Of a stretch of 51,201 bases of DNA, positions 35,839 to 46,433 are shown in pieces. Position 1 is the first letter of the stretch, and the number at the start of each line of letters is the position of its first letter. The notes below the pieces were generated by a model, which was not told where the DNA came from, made no database searches, and was given only the letters and a program-made list of their open reading frames with translations. The DNA comes from a virus (Duplodnaviria; Caudoviricetes), in the IMG/VR virus record IMGVR_UViG_3300025138_000060, positions 1 through 51,201 of that record; one strand, 5' to 3'. The translations under genes were made by a program, and so were the position numbers.

Positions 35839-38800
35839 ATGGGAAGGCGTCTTGCATCTGTACACTTACGGACGGCGTTTCTTCGCCTTGTGCGCTATCA
35901 ACAATAGCTCCGGGGTACGCCATTGGCAAAGTGCTTAATTTGTTTGCAGTGCCTTCAACAATACCTTTACCAACTGCTTTAAGTGTGCCCGTAATCCCTA
36001 ATTCTTTTGCTATTATTAAATATTCTTTAGCGGCCTGAAACCCACTTCTACTAATAGTAGGGTTTGCATCGAGCATTGCAGCTAACAGTCTGGGTTGTTT
36101 AAGTAATATGGTAAGCTCTTGTACCTGTTTACCTAAAGGGAATTGATCTACAAATTTCTTAAATGCCGCAGAACCAATTGCCGCTGCCTGAAGGCTGGCG
36201 TTACCTGTACCAAACAAGACACCAATATTCGCACCCGCTATTCGAGCTATGTTCTTTTGAATATCTGGCGTATCACTCATAACTTTATTGAAAACGGCTG
36301 GGTCACGTAAGCCTTTTTCTATCCTTAGACCTTCTGCCAACATATTAAGAATAGCGTCCCGTTCCTGTGGCCCCATAATTTCTTTATTGACCATAGTATC
36401 TAAAATATTGGTATCGCCTTTTCTGCCACTTAAAGGTTTTAGAAGTCTTTCGGATATTTTGAGTAAATCAGGAGATCCATCAGGTTTAGTTGCGCCCCTA
36501 AATAGTTCATCCATTGTAGCGTTTCTAAAATCAATCTTAGCGTCAATTGTAATAGCTTCATCTGCAAGTCTTGAGAAACTTTCTACAGGGTTAGCATCAT
36601 CGATGGCTTTGCCTATTGCTTCAGGAAGTTTTTCATTTGCTGCGGAACTTAAATCTTCTATTAATTTATTCGCTGTACGCCTTGCATCGTAGAGTAATGT
36701 AATATTGTTTCTGAGATCTGGAAACTTATCGAGTAAGTCTGAGTTTTTAGAAACAAACTCTTCAATAGCTTCTGCGCTTAATTCAGCTTGTGTTCCATCT
36801 ACATTCTTCCCGGCAAGTTCCTCGATCTTTGACCTTAAAAAATCTTCTTGGGCAGCAGACATTTCATCACCTAAACTTAAAGGTAGATTATCTGCCTCAG
36901 TAGTTAAGGCTGTTTTATCTGCACTTTGTCCACCTTCGTTAAGTTTAAAATTATCAGTAGCAGTCTCTGGCCCACTTCGACTATAGGTAGCACCTTCGGG
37001 TCTATTAAACAGTTCGTCTAGTCGTTCTTGGTCTGCCACCCCATCTGGCAATTCCTCTTTTGAAATAGGATTTCCGTCAGCATCTACTACATCATCAGAA
37101 AATTGTCTTTTAGGGCCACGGCGTCCATCCGGCGGAAAAACTCTTTCACCATCAATTATAACAAAGCCATCACCTTCTTGAGTGCCTATAGGATAGCTAG
37201 TATTCTCTGGGTACAGTAAACCTTCATTAGTAGCGACTTCAGTGTTACTTGTACGTGTGCCATCGTCACCTAATGTAGAAGCTTTTCTACGTGCTTCGTC
37301 CTCAGCCCTAAGAACTGCTAAGTCCGGGCCTAGATCATCAGCAAATTGTGTAGCGTCCCGTAACTCCCCAAAGTTAGTACCTGCGTCACGGCCCCCTGCA
37401 CCAAAACCCTCGCTTAAAACATCTGTATCTCTTACTGTAGTGCCGCCTGTTTTTTCGGTAGAAAGTATGTCTTTAGTAAAATACCTATTAAAGCGTTTGT
37501 TTAATTCTAAACTAAAGTTTCTAGCAAGTCCTACAGTGTCACCCGCTGCTCCTTGTAGTTTATTCAATTCATCAATACTTGCGCCAGCTAATTCATCAAA
37601 CAAACCTGCGTGGAAATAATCGTTATTAGCACCAAACTTGCGAGAATTAGACAACATAATAGAACGAAATTTTAATATTTCTCCTACTGGTATTCCTTGA
37701 CCATTTTTAATTTTTTGGTTTAGAATATCTATCGCTGTGTCTATTTCATCTCCACCAGCAATTCGCATCCCATCAAGAAGGTCGTTTGCGTAAATTCCAT
37801 CTATCGCTTCAGATATTTTTTTACCGTCTAGAATTTGGTTTTTGTCTATGCGGTTCCAAAGAAAAGTTTCCATCTCACGTATGTTAGTTTTTGCTTGAAA
37901 TAGAGTTTTTTGAGCCAGTGCAGAAGCCGCTGCTTGATCGCCTGTGCCTTTTATAGCCTTCATGGCTTCTGCTACATTGCTGGAAGAATTTGCAAAACGT
38001 GCATCTATCATAGCCGAATACGCTCTTGTACGTAGCGCCTCTGCGGCGGCTGTATTTCCAGCCCGTGCAAGGATCTCTGATACCTCAAATATGCCAGTTA
38101 TAGCATTATTAGCCCGTTGCATAATTTCGCCACCAAACTGAGGACTTTCGCCCATCAAAGTTTTTTGTAACGCTAAAAGAGTAGGGTTATTACTTACTGT
38201 ACCCGCTGGTAATAAATTGACTGCGTTTGGCGTGAGAGGATTAGCATCTTCCAATGCTAGTTGTGTCTCAATGTCAGACTGCATTCTTTCGGGTGTAAAT
38301 TTGTCTGCCTCAAGTCGTAAGGCATCTGCCATTTCTGTGTTGCCGTTTTTAGCCATTAAATCGGCTTCTCTTAACAGAGACTGCCTACTTGCATCTGCTG
38401 CCACAAGTATCTGTTGATAAGCCCCTTGCTGGGCCGCAGATGTAGTGACGCCTTTCATAGCTTGCTTAAATATACCGCTTACTACACGTACCCCCGGTAA
38501 ATTTCTTGCTATTGCAGGGGTAATATTGCCAGTTAAAGCACCAAGGATTTCCCCGCCAGCTACTGCATAGGGATTATCACCCATTCCAATTGCTTCTACC
38601 GTACTTGCGCCAATCGCAGAACCCGTAGTTGCGTATGCTTCACCCTTAATAAATTTTTTCGGGTTATTTTTTATAGATTGCATAAGAGGATTAGCTATCC
38701 CAAAACCAGCTTTTGCTGCTTTTAAAAGAGCAATTCCGGGCAAAACATTTTCTGCAATAACGCGAGAAGCAGCGGCCTGAGTTCTATATTCATCAGGAAT

Positions 38801-39421
38801 TTCATTAATATTATCTACGTACTTTGTTTTGTTATCTTCATCAAAGTCTGTACCAAAAGTTTTATTAACTGTTGAAGCAACTAAGTTTGCAGCGGGGTCA
38901 GTAGTAACATTAGCAACCTTTTCTATACCTCTTCTTACATTTTGGCTTCCAAAAGGGGCTACCTCTGAAGAGAACAAAAAATCTTTTGGGTCAGTGCTTA
39001 AATAAAAATCTGGATCATAGTTAGGGGAATCTGGATCGTCTACTCCTTCAGGTGGGTTTAAACTTGCCAACTTGTTAGCTCCGGCTCTTACGCCGCCTTC
39101 AACAACCTGCGGGATCATATTAAGTAAATCACCGGGCAAGCCTATTATGTTAGTTAGCCCTGTAGCTCCCATATTCATATTGGCTTCGAATTGACTGTCT
39201 ATATCTTCGCGAACAGTCTTACCTGATGTCAAATAATCTAGTAAGTCACTAGTACTTACCCCGGCATCAAGGGCTTGTTGTAGATCAAGGGTCTCATCAT
39301 TAACATTTAGCACGCCATTACTGTCTTGTAGTAGGATGTTAATAATATCTAAATCATCGACATTGTTTTCTCGATCAGACCTGATTTGATCAACATTAAT
39401 TTTTCTTGACTCTTCTGCCAT
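35837..39421 (-). CDS. Large internal virion (ejection) protein
   Basis: 1194 aa, helical Ala-rich, last of three large late genes. Confidence 0.6.
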   Translation of the reverse strand: MAEESRKINVDQIRSDRENNVDDLDIINILLQDSNGVLNVNDETLDLQQALDAGVSTSDLLDYLTSGKTVREDIDSQFEANMNMGATGLTNIIGLPGDLLNMIPQVVEGGVRAGANKLASLNPPEGVDDPDSPNYDPDFYLSTDPKDFLFSSEVAPFGSQNVRRGIEKVANVTTDPAANLVASTVNKTFGTDFDEDNKTKYVDNINEIPDEYRTQAAASRVIAENVLPGIALLKAAKAGFGIANPLMQSIKNNPKKFIKGEAYATTGSAIGASTVEAIGMGDNPYAVAGGEILGALTGNITPAIARNLPGVRVVSGIFKQAMKGVTTSAAQQGAYQQILVAADASRQSLLREADLMAKNGNTEMADALRLEADKFTPERMQSDIETQLALEDANPLTPNAVNLLPAGTVSNNPTLLALQKTLMGESPQFGGEIMQRANNAITGIFEVSEILARAGNTAAAEALRTRAYSAMIDARFANSSSNVAEAMKAIKGTGDQAAASALAQKTLFQAKTNIREMETFLWNRIDKNQILDGKKISEAIDGIYANDLLDGMRIAGGDEIDTAIDILNQKIKNGQGIPVGEILKFRSIMLSNSRKFGANNDYFHAGLFDELAGASIDELNKLQGAAGDTVGLARNFSLELNKRFNRYFTKDILSTEKTGGTTVRDTDVLSEGFGAGGRDAGTNFGELRDATQFADDLGPDLAVLRAEDEARRKASTLGDDGTRTSNTEVATNEGLLYPENTSYPIGTQEGDGFVIIDGERVFPPDGRRGPKRQFSDDVVDADGNPISKEELPDGVADQERLDELFNRPEGATYSRSGPETATDNFKLNEGGQSADKTALTTEADNLPLSLGDEMSAAQEDFLRSKIEELAGKNVDGTQAELSAEAIEEFVSKNSDLLDKFPDLRNNITLLYDARRTANKLIEDLSSAANEKLPEAIGKAIDDANPVESFSRLADEAITIDAKIDFRNATMDELFRGATKPDGSPDLLKISERLLKPLSGRKGDTNILDTMVNKEIMGPQERDAILNMLAEGLRIEKGLRDPAVFNKVMSDTPDIQKNIARIAGANIGVLFGTGNASLQAAAIGSAAFKKFVDQFPLGKQVQELTILLKQPRLLAAMLDANPTISRSGFQAAKEYLIIAKELGITGTLKAVGKGIVEGTANKLSTLPMAYPGAIVDSAQGEETPSVSVQMQDAFP

Positions 39422-39438
39422 TTATAATTCCTTACTAA

Positions 39439-42324
39439 TCAATTTTTTATAATATATGAGCTTACTGATGGTTTATTTTTAGGATTAGCCCCACCCATAT
39501 ATTCTAAGACAGTGGTGTAAGTTCTTTCCAACTCTTGTAAGGCAGCGCGGGTAATAGTAGCCTTCGATAAAGCAGCTTTTGTTATAGTACCTGCGCTCTC
39601 TGCTTGATTTAGCTTCTGTAAACTTATTTTGATTTGGTTAAGAGTTAAGCCTACTTGGTCTCTGGCTTTATTTGGACCTGTAAGTACTTTTCCGGCTTCT
39701 GGTAAAGTTCTAAGTATCTGTTGTTTGTTCCAAACGCTGTCCTTAGTGCTACTTGCCGCCGCAATGTTTATTAAAGTATTTAATCTAAGGTTGTCCATAA
39801 ACCTGATAGCTGCATTGGCTTCAGGATAAGCTCCGCCGCCCAGTGCATCTGCGGCTGTTCCAATGACCTTTTTAAATGCGCCTTCGAGGCCAAAGGCATC
39901 TTCTAATCCAGCCAAGGAACTAGCAGCTACTCGGAAATCATCGTTTGACCTTATCATTTCGGGAGTGATAGTTATTTGTTCACCATCTAGCCCTACAAAT
40001 GTAAGTCCATTTTTTTTCCAATTAGGATCAGATCTTGAAAGAGCCGCATCTAATGAAGGCGCTGCATCTAATCCTGTCTCAATGACTTGACCCGTTCTAT
40101 CGGTTAGATCAACAATCATAGGCATACCACTGAAAGTAGTTGATATTTTAATGGTTTTATTAACTATCTGTGATGCCAGCTTTCTATTCTCTGGAGTATC
40201 CTCAAAACCCATATCACTCATTACTTGAGACACATTGCCTAACTTAATTCCACTCCATCCTTTTTCTTCCGCATCTTTTTGGTCTGCTTCTGACCTAATT
40301 TCCAGAGTATCCCCGTTCAGGTAATAAGTACGCACTGGGTAGTCAGCAGTCTTTGCAGTCGAGTCTTTCCACGTAGTTTCCCACTTGGTAAGTACGTTAA
40401 TAAGCTCTTGCCCTGTTTTATTTGCGTTTTCTGGTAAGGCTAAATGTGTTTTGAGAGCAACTTGATATGCATTTATATCTTCGCCTTCAGCAATTTTACC
40501 TTCAGATGCCGCTAGAACCGAACGTACTCTGGCAAAACTATCCAGATCTTCTTGTTTAGTAAGTTTGTTTGGACCTAGTGCCGCCAAGTGAGCGTCTAAG
40601 TCCCGTGTTGATTTAAAGTTTTGTTGTAAGGGGTCTAGGTCTTGAGAAAGCTTAGTAGCCGCTACCTGATCAATTTTTGAATTATAAATACCTTGGACTA
40701 GAGATAAAGCTTCTGGTTTTTCGCTTAACAATCCTGTGTCGATAATTGCTTTTAAGTTTTCAGAACTCATCTTCACAAGGTTTTCTTGGTCATTAAACCA
40801 CTTTGGCGGTTTGTCTGTAATATCTGTAAGCTCTTTCCATTCTTTTTCGATTGCAGCCATAGCAGCACTGTCAGGGACGGTAACTTTGTTGTCGGCTCCT
40901 ACAGTTAAAAAACCATTTTCTGCATACTTAGCTTTTAAGAAACGCTCTTTAGCAGGTAGTTTTAGTTCAGCTTGCAAATCATCTACGTTAGCCCGTTCTA
41001 CAGCGAGGCTTTTCAACAGTAGTAAGTCGGACATAGATTGTAGGTTTTGCTGGTAGAATGGATCATCTGGATCTAGTTTACCCTGTGCCTTAATAGCTTG
41101 TTCATAAAAATCAGCGTCTTTATCCAGTGTTTTAGACAATGTTGCAAAACTAGTAGAATTTTCTTGCGCTTGCTTTATTCCCAGAGCAAGTTGAATATTA
41201 TCGCCAAAGGTAGTGCCTTTTTCGTATATTACAGAATACATTTGTAAGTCACTGAGCGGCTTTAAAAGCAACTTTTCTACATTATTAAATATTTTAGCGT
41301 CTTCTACTTCTGCTTTTTTGACCGCTATTACACTTTTAACCAATGTTTTTTCTTCATCAGTTTTTGCTACAGCGTTTAGTATGGTATTTAAACTTGTTTG
41401 TTCTCCCTTGCTGTCTACAGGCATTCCTAAAAGCTCTTTTTGAGTATAATTGCCTACTACAGTATAGAATTTTTGCCCAACCGCCCAAGCCCTAATAGCT
41501 CTAGCATCGTCACTATCCTCGCCTTGGTTAGCGATTACTTTTTGCAGTTCGCCTTGCCAATTATTTTCTCTAAGATCACCTGTATCATAAAAAGGCTTAG
41601 TGTAAGGTTTAAGATCTACTTTTTGAGAAGAAGAAGTAACAGGTACTTCCTCAGTAGTCATTTCCAATTGACTTGCATACAGACCAGAATCAAGCATCTG
41701 TTGGGCTTCTGCTGCTGCTTTTATTTTTTTTGGGTCTTTACCTTCATATTCTGCAAATCTTTTTAGATCTTTAGCAGAAAGGGGTCTTTGTACCCCACCT
41801 TCAACATACTTTCCAAGGGTTCTATCAAAACTTGTACTAACAAACGGACCAATTCTATCTACCCTTTTTGCGGGGCGTTGGTCAAAACCACCGTCTACAC
41901 TTACTGTTTCTGTACCCATATCCGTTACGGGAAAACTTAATCTATTACTGTTCATTAGTTCAGCAGTAGCAGTTCTAAGGCCGTTGTAGTCATTGTCAGA
42001 AGCTTTAAGATCATTTTTGAAGTATGATATTATTTCTGCGTTGCTACCTGCGTCAGCCCCTGCAAATTCTAGTGCAAGGCGTTTTGCATTAGCTTCTATT
42101 TTTTGCTCTAGTAAGTCAGCAGTTTTTTGGGCTTTTTCATTTTCCCTTGCTATTATTCTATTTTCTTTTCTTATAGCAATTTCTTCGAGCCGTTTTTCTT
42201 CGTCCCGTTTTTTTAATCCGTAACTAACCTCTTCAAAAAATCCTTCAAAGGGGTCTGTTTTCTTTTTGTAATTACCAGAGGCAATATTTGACCTTATACC
42301 AGCAGCCGCAGTCTTAAAGCTCAT
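39439..42324 (-). CDS. Internal virion (ejection) protein
   Basis: ~960 aa helical; start moved to ATG 42324. Confidence 0.55.
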   Translation of the reverse strand: MSFKTAAAGIRSNIASGNYKKKTDPFEGFFEEVSYGLKKRDEEKRLEEIAIRKENRIIARENEKAQKTADLLEQKIEANAKRLALEFAGADAGSNAEIISYFKNDLKASDNDYNGLRTATAELMNSNRLSFPVTDMGTETVSVDGGFDQRPAKRVDRIGPFVSTSFDRTLGKYVEGGVQRPLSAKDLKRFAEYEGKDPKKIKAAAEAQQMLDSGLYASQLEMTTEEVPVTSSSQKVDLKPYTKPFYDTGDLRENNWQGELQKVIANQGEDSDDARAIRAWAVGQKFYTVVGNYTQKELLGMPVDSKGEQTSLNTILNAVAKTDEEKTLVKSVIAVKKAEVEDAKIFNNVEKLLLKPLSDLQMYSVIYEKGTTFGDNIQLALGIKQAQENSTSFATLSKTLDKDADFYEQAIKAQGKLDPDDPFYQQNLQSMSDLLLLKSLAVERANVDDLQAELKLPAKERFLKAKYAENGFLTVGADNKVTVPDSAAMAAIEKEWKELTDITDKPPKWFNDQENLVKMSSENLKAIIDTGLLSEKPEALSLVQGIYNSKIDQVAATKLSQDLDPLQQNFKSTRDLDAHLAALGPNKLTKQEDLDSFARVRSVLAASEGKIAEGEDINAYQVALKTHLALPENANKTGQELINVLTKWETTWKDSTAKTADYPVRTYYLNGDTLEIRSEADQKDAEEKGWSGIKLGNVSQVMSDMGFEDTPENRKLASQIVNKTIKISTTFSGMPMIVDLTDRTGQVIETGLDAAPSLDAALSRSDPNWKKNGLTFVGLDGEQITITPEMIRSNDDFRVAASSLAGLEDAFGLEGAFKKVIGTAADALGGGAYPEANAAIRFMDNLRLNTLINIAAASSTKDSVWNKQQILRTLPEAGKVLTGPNKARDQVGLTLNQIKISLQKLNQAESAGTITKAALSKATITRAALQELERTYTTVLEYMGGANPKNKPSVSSYIIKN

Positions 42325-42865
42325 TTTCTGGTTCCTCTTCCTCAATAGGATCTTCGCCTAACATTGCGGCTTGTTCGTCCTGTGGGGCTACCATTTGATC
42401 AGGCATAGTCATCAGCCCCTCTGTGGGAGCCTCTGGAGCCTCTTCTTCTAATAAAGGCGCTTCCTCTTCTTCTTCTTGATTAATGATGCCTAGAGAGGCT
42501 CTGAGAAGAGTAGGGGTAATAATGACACGATCTTTGTTTTCTACACCCATTTCATATTTGAGGCTTACATCCTTAGCTGCAATCTCTATGTACCGGGCTA
42601 ACGGACCCGCTATGAGTATAGCAAGATCGATAGATACTTTACCTTTGCTGACTGCTTGTAGAAGCAGTGTGGTAACTACTGTAGTGATGTGAGCATCGAT
42701 GCCAAGCATTGCGTAAATAAGTTCTATTTGCTCTGGTTCGTCTATCTTGTCGATAAGATATGCTACGGCTTCATCGTAGTCTGTGATATCGGGCGGCCTA
42801 TGCCACGCATAATTACGGGTGTCTGCGGTATAGTTTCCGCCGGGGATGGGAGCATCAAGTTGCAT
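42314..42865 (-). CDS. Conserved virion-associated protein
   Basis: DAPIPG...W.RPP motif; start moved to ATG 42865 (GAGGAG RBS). Confidence 0.6.
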   Translation of the reverse strand: MQLDAPIPGGNYTADTRNYAWHRPPDITDYDEAVAYLIDKIDEPEQIELIYAMLGIDAHITTVVTTLLLQAVSKGKVSIDLAILIAGPLARYIEIAAKDVSLKYEMGVENKDRVIITPTLLRASLGIINQEEEEEAPLLEEEAPEAPTEGLMTMPDQMVAPQDEQAAMLGEDPIEEEEPENEL

Positions 42866-43049
42866 CAGTAAGCTCCTCGTCTTTAGTTTTTTTGCTGTCA
42901 GTAGGCTCATCTAAAAGCTCTGCTTCTAGCTCATCAAAAAAGTCCGGTGTATAAAACAAACCACTTTCGGCAAGCTGTCCTGTTTGCATAGGAGACTTAC
43001 CCGCAAGAAATGTTTTAATAGATTTTTTCACCGCTTCATCAAATGTCAT
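42855..43049 (-). CDS. Hypothetical protein
   Basis: 64 aa, AAGGGA RBS. Confidence 0.6.
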   Translation of the reverse strand: MTFDEAVKKSIKTFLAGKSPMQTGQLAESGLFYTPDFFDELEAELLDEPTDSKKTKDEELTDAT

Positions 43050-43070
43050 TATATAATCCCTTACTTACGC

Positions 43071-45281
43071 TTAAGCAGTTAGTGTTTTAGTCAGCCATTG
43101 AGACCCACTAGTTGAGCCTATGTACGCCCCACCTAATTTGAGAAGACCACTCATAAATCCGCTACCAGAAGACTGCCCTGATTGAGCGGTCATTTCTGCC
43201 ATCAATAGGCGCATTTCGCGCTCCATATCGTTGTCAGTGGTTCTCCAAATGTAATCTAGAATATTGTCTGCGCTGTCCCACAATTGATTTTGTGCTTCTT
43301 GGGTCAGATCCAGTGCAGATTTTACGTCAGCAGTATGGGCATCTACCGCAATTTGGTTGTTAGTAGTGGTGACTGTTTTTCTCCATCCTGCATTAGCGAA
43401 GTCTATATTGTATTGCATACTTGCTAGAAATTGCTGCCTGTCATTTTTAATATCCGCTGAAAACTCAGAGGCGTCATTAATTTCACCAGCATTGAATTTT
43501 TTTAAAGCGTTTTGTTCAGAACTATTGTGCCGATCAATTGATACCTGCAATTCAGAATAAAACTTATTTACGTCATTTTGAGCTTCGGCTGAAAATAATC
43601 TCTCTGCGTTTTTAGCTTTTGCATTATCAAACATTTCTTGAACCATTGCCTGTTTGTTTACAACTTCTGCTTGCTGTTCGTTAGACAGGTTGCTTAGATC
43701 CATCTCCATAAAGTTTTTGGCATTCTGAATAGCTGCTTGTGAACGCGCATCCACATTAGTCATCTCTAACTTAGATAGAATATTAGCTTTGTTTATTATT
43801 GCCTCTTGTTTATTACTTAAATTAGTAGTGGTAAGCGTTTGAAAAAACGTAGCTTCTTTTTCTGCAACGCCTAATGTAGCTTCCATGATTGCATTACTCA
43901 TTGCATCGACTGCGGCGGTCCCTGTAATATCGTTAAAGGCAATACTTTTCATCACATCCCGATGACTTGCAGCGGCCCACGGCGGGATCACGGCATTACC
44001 CTGCGAATCTGTGAATTCCGCAGATATAGTCTTCATCTGAAATAAAATAGATGTTTTAGCGTCTACAAAATCTTTGCCTTCTGCATTCAGCTTATCTGCT
44101 AAAAGTTTCCCTGATACAGTTGAAGTGTCTACAATTTTGGATAGATCTACTGAAGCCCAATCATTAAGGGAAGAGCCTAGCTCGTTTTTAGTGCCGTCAG
44201 CATTGATGCCAGTTGCAGCACCCGTCATATCAACAGTATACTCGTCTGCGTTTACTGTAGCTTCCTCACTAACTGTACCTGTAGCAGCATCAACCATTTG
44301 AGCGTCAGTTAGATCTACTTGCTCTGCGTCATAAGTTACTGCGTCAGGTTGAGTAACTCCTCCTACAGTAGCCGCATCTCCAGAACCAGAAGCAGTATAG
44401 CCACTTTCTCCTTCTAAATCATAGTTTGGATTTGTACCATCAAGCGTAGTGCCCTCAGTATTTGCATCAATTTTGGGCATAATATCAGCTAGTGTAAGGT
44501 TTCTGTCTGATAAAAACTTAGTAGGGTTTGCTATAATAGCCTTTGAATCAGCTTGGCTTTGAATAATACCAGCTTTTTCAGCCATTGCTATAATATCGTC
44601 TGGCGAGGGCGTACCTTCTACGGTATTAGTATCAATATTGTTTTGTTCATATTGATTTAATTCAACAACGCTTTTATTTCCATCATCACCACCGCCACCT
44701 GTAGCCACTGCCTTACGCCGATTGTATTCATATCCAGTAATTGTACCATTTGGGTCTAGTATACCTGTTTCGGAGTTTACGCTCATACCCAATTTGTCTT
44801 TAACAGTCTGCCCGTCTACGACTACTTCATAGGGCTGTCCTATTAAGTTATAGGAATACTTATATCCTTGACCGTTGTCATATACTTGGCGGCCCCCAAT
44901 TACCCCAACACTTTGGTTTGTGGGGTCTAGGTCTAAAGACCAGTTAGCAATACCTGTTAATATAGAAGGAACTAAAGTAATTGGGGCCATTATCCCTAAA
45001 GCTGCATCAGCACCAGTAAGAGAGGCGGGGGCTACACCTTTAGCCTTAGCTACTGGTTTACCATCACTGCCCACGGTTCCATCATTAGAAGTAGTGTTAG
45101 CATTACCTGAAATTACGTTTGTAGTGCCTTTTGCTGTACCACCTGCTGTAAGCGAAGTTCCATCACTATCGTTGACAAGATTTCCTTTCACATAAGAAGC
45201 CCCATCGTCTTTAGTGAACGTATTAGCTACGCTTTCTGCAAAACTGTTCCCATCGCCAAATGTGCTAGACCATAATCCCAT
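43071..45281 (-). CDS. Internal virion protein
   Basis: 736 aa, Asn/Gln/Ala repeats (NLSNKQ, NLSNEQQ), glycine-rich hydrophobic end. Confidence 0.6.
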   Translation of the reverse strand: MGLWSSTFGDGNSFAESVANTFTKDDGASYVKGNLVNDSDGTSLTAGGTAKGTTNVISGNANTTSNDGTVGSDGKPVAKAKGVAPASLTGADAALGIMAPITLVPSILTGIANWSLDLDPTNQSVGVIGGRQVYDNGQGYKYSYNLIGQPYEVVVDGQTVKDKLGMSVNSETGILDPNGTITGYEYNRRKAVATGGGGDDGNKSVVELNQYEQNNIDTNTVEGTPSPDDIIAMAEKAGIIQSQADSKAIIANPTKFLSDRNLTLADIMPKIDANTEGTTLDGTNPNYDLEGESGYTASGSGDAATVGGVTQPDAVTYDAEQVDLTDAQMVDAATGTVSEEATVNADEYTVDMTGAATGINADGTKNELGSSLNDWASVDLSKIVDTSTVSGKLLADKLNAEGKDFVDAKTSILFQMKTISAEFTDSQGNAVIPPWAAASHRDVMKSIAFNDITGTAAVDAMSNAIMEATLGVAEKEATFFQTLTTTNLSNKQEAIINKANILSKLEMTNVDARSQAAIQNAKNFMEMDLSNLSNEQQAEVVNKQAMVQEMFDNAKAKNAERLFSAEAQNDVNKFYSELQVSIDRHNSSEQNALKKFNAGEINDASEFSADIKNDRQQFLASMQYNIDFANAGWRKTVTTTNNQIAVDAHTADVKSALDLTQEAQNQLWDSADNILDYIWRTTDNDMEREMRLLMAEMTAQSGQSSGSGFMSGLLKLGGAYIGSTSGSQWLTKTLTA

Positions 45282-45524
45282 TTATTTATCCTTTTCTTCG
45301 TCACAGGCTCTTATCCTGTCGCGTAGTGTCACATAATCTGCGATAGCCGTTTCAAGGGCAGTGCTTTCAGCAGGTAGACTATTAATCTCTTCTGCAAGTT
45401 TTTGGTTATATTCAGGTGAATACTGCGCCATTGGTGGGCAGTAGATTTCCAGTTTGGTCCTATAGACCGGAGTCGCGCAGCCTGTCAGTAAGATCAGCCC
45501 GGTCATTAATATCATCTGTTTCAT
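45282..45524 (-). CDS. o-spanin (Rz1-like lipoprotein)
   Basis: MKQMILMTGLILLTGC lipobox, further Cys residues, overlaps i-spanin. Confidence 0.7.
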   Translation of the reverse strand: MKQMILMTGLILLTGCATPVYRTKLEIYCPPMAQYSPEYNQKLAEEINSLPAESTALETAIADYVTLRDRIRACDEEKDK

Positions 45525-45699
45525 GCTCTGCCATTTTCTTATAAAAGGTTGTGGTCTTTTGCTGCGCTTGAAGATCGTCTTTAAGAACTTTGTTTTGTTC
45601 TTTGGCAGCGCCCCGCACTCTTCCCATGACGTAAAGAATAGGTAGAGCAATCGCTAAAGTAGCTATTATGTAAGTTTTGATCTTACCTAGAATAAACAC
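45460..45699 (-). CDS. i-spanin (Rz-like)
   Basis: GTG start overlapping endolysin stop; N-terminal TM plus coiled coil. Confidence 0.65.
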   Translation of the reverse strand: MFILGKIKTYIIATLAIALPILYVMGRVRGAAKEQNKVLKDDLQAQQKTTTFYKKMAEHETDDINDRADLTDRLRDSGL

Positions 45700-46430
45700 T
45701 AGTGAATGCCGTCCTTGTTGTCTTTCCATCGAGAATAGGCAGCCAAAGCAATCCCGCCGATAGCACATATTAAAAATACAGTTTTTAAGCTATCTGCGTA
45801 GGCAACTAGTCCCTGAAGCTGACCTGCTACTTCATTCAAGCCTGTAGCTGCACCAGCTAGACCCGCACCAGCCATAGTTTTAGACTTTAATAAGGATTTT
45901 GGGGCTTCAGCAGTAGGCTTCTGAGGCATCTCTGGGCCGCCTTCATCTGAAGGTAGTTGTGCGTCACGGCTAAAGATAGCGGCTTCCGCTGCACGGCGTC
46001 TAGTAAGTCCACGTAGAGGTTGTAATTTACCGTCTACACGGGCCTTGTTCCATCTTAAAATTTGCTCTGGACAAGCATCATAATTTCCCGCTGACAGAAC
46101 TTTGAGCAAGGTGGATGATTTAAACGCACCACCGCCTAAATTAAATACAAATGAGGTTAGGGAGTCAAACTGACCTTGAGTAAGCGGCACGTTTACAAGA
46201 CGTTTAACAATCTTGCCGTGTTCGTCTATATCATCTCTAAGTCTTTGTTCTGCTTCTTCAACAGTGATCTTCATACCAGAACGGACGCCTTTACAGGAAC
46301 CAAATCCTATAGTCCATTTTCCAGCGGGGCAGCGATAAGCATGAACTAAGCCATCGTCTTTTATTTTGTGAAGTCCTTCAAAGCGTTTGACTAGATCAAC
46401 GCCTTCTTGTGATACTGATGTTGGGTGCAT
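45699..46430 (-). CDS. GH24 lysozyme (endolysin) with hydrophobic C-terminal extension
   Basis: FEG, AYRCPAGKWTIGFG, QFDSLTSFVFNLG, GLTRRRAAE. Confidence 0.9.
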   Translation of the reverse strand: MHPTSVSQEGVDLVKRFEGLHKIKDDGLVHAYRCPAGKWTIGFGSCKGVRSGMKITVEEAEQRLRDDIDEHGKIVKRLVNVPLTQGQFDSLTSFVFNLGGGAFKSSTLLKVLSAGNYDACPEQILRWNKARVDGKLQPLRGLTRRRAAEAAIFSRDAQLPSDEGGPEMPQKPTAEAPKSLLKSKTMAGAGLAGAATGLNEVAGQLQGLVAYADSLKTVFLICAIGGIALAAYSRWKDNKDGIH

Positions 46431-46433
46431 AAT

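Noticed and set aside
35775-36038. 87-aa plus-strand ORF starting inside the candidate sRNA
   Set aside because: Has a weak AAGG RBS but crosses a strong terminator after about 20 codons and runs antisense to the large virion gene; not fully excluded
36288-45195. Numerous plus-strand ORFs over virion genes
   Set aside because: Antisense artefacts with Ser/Leu-rich composition and no RBS or operon context
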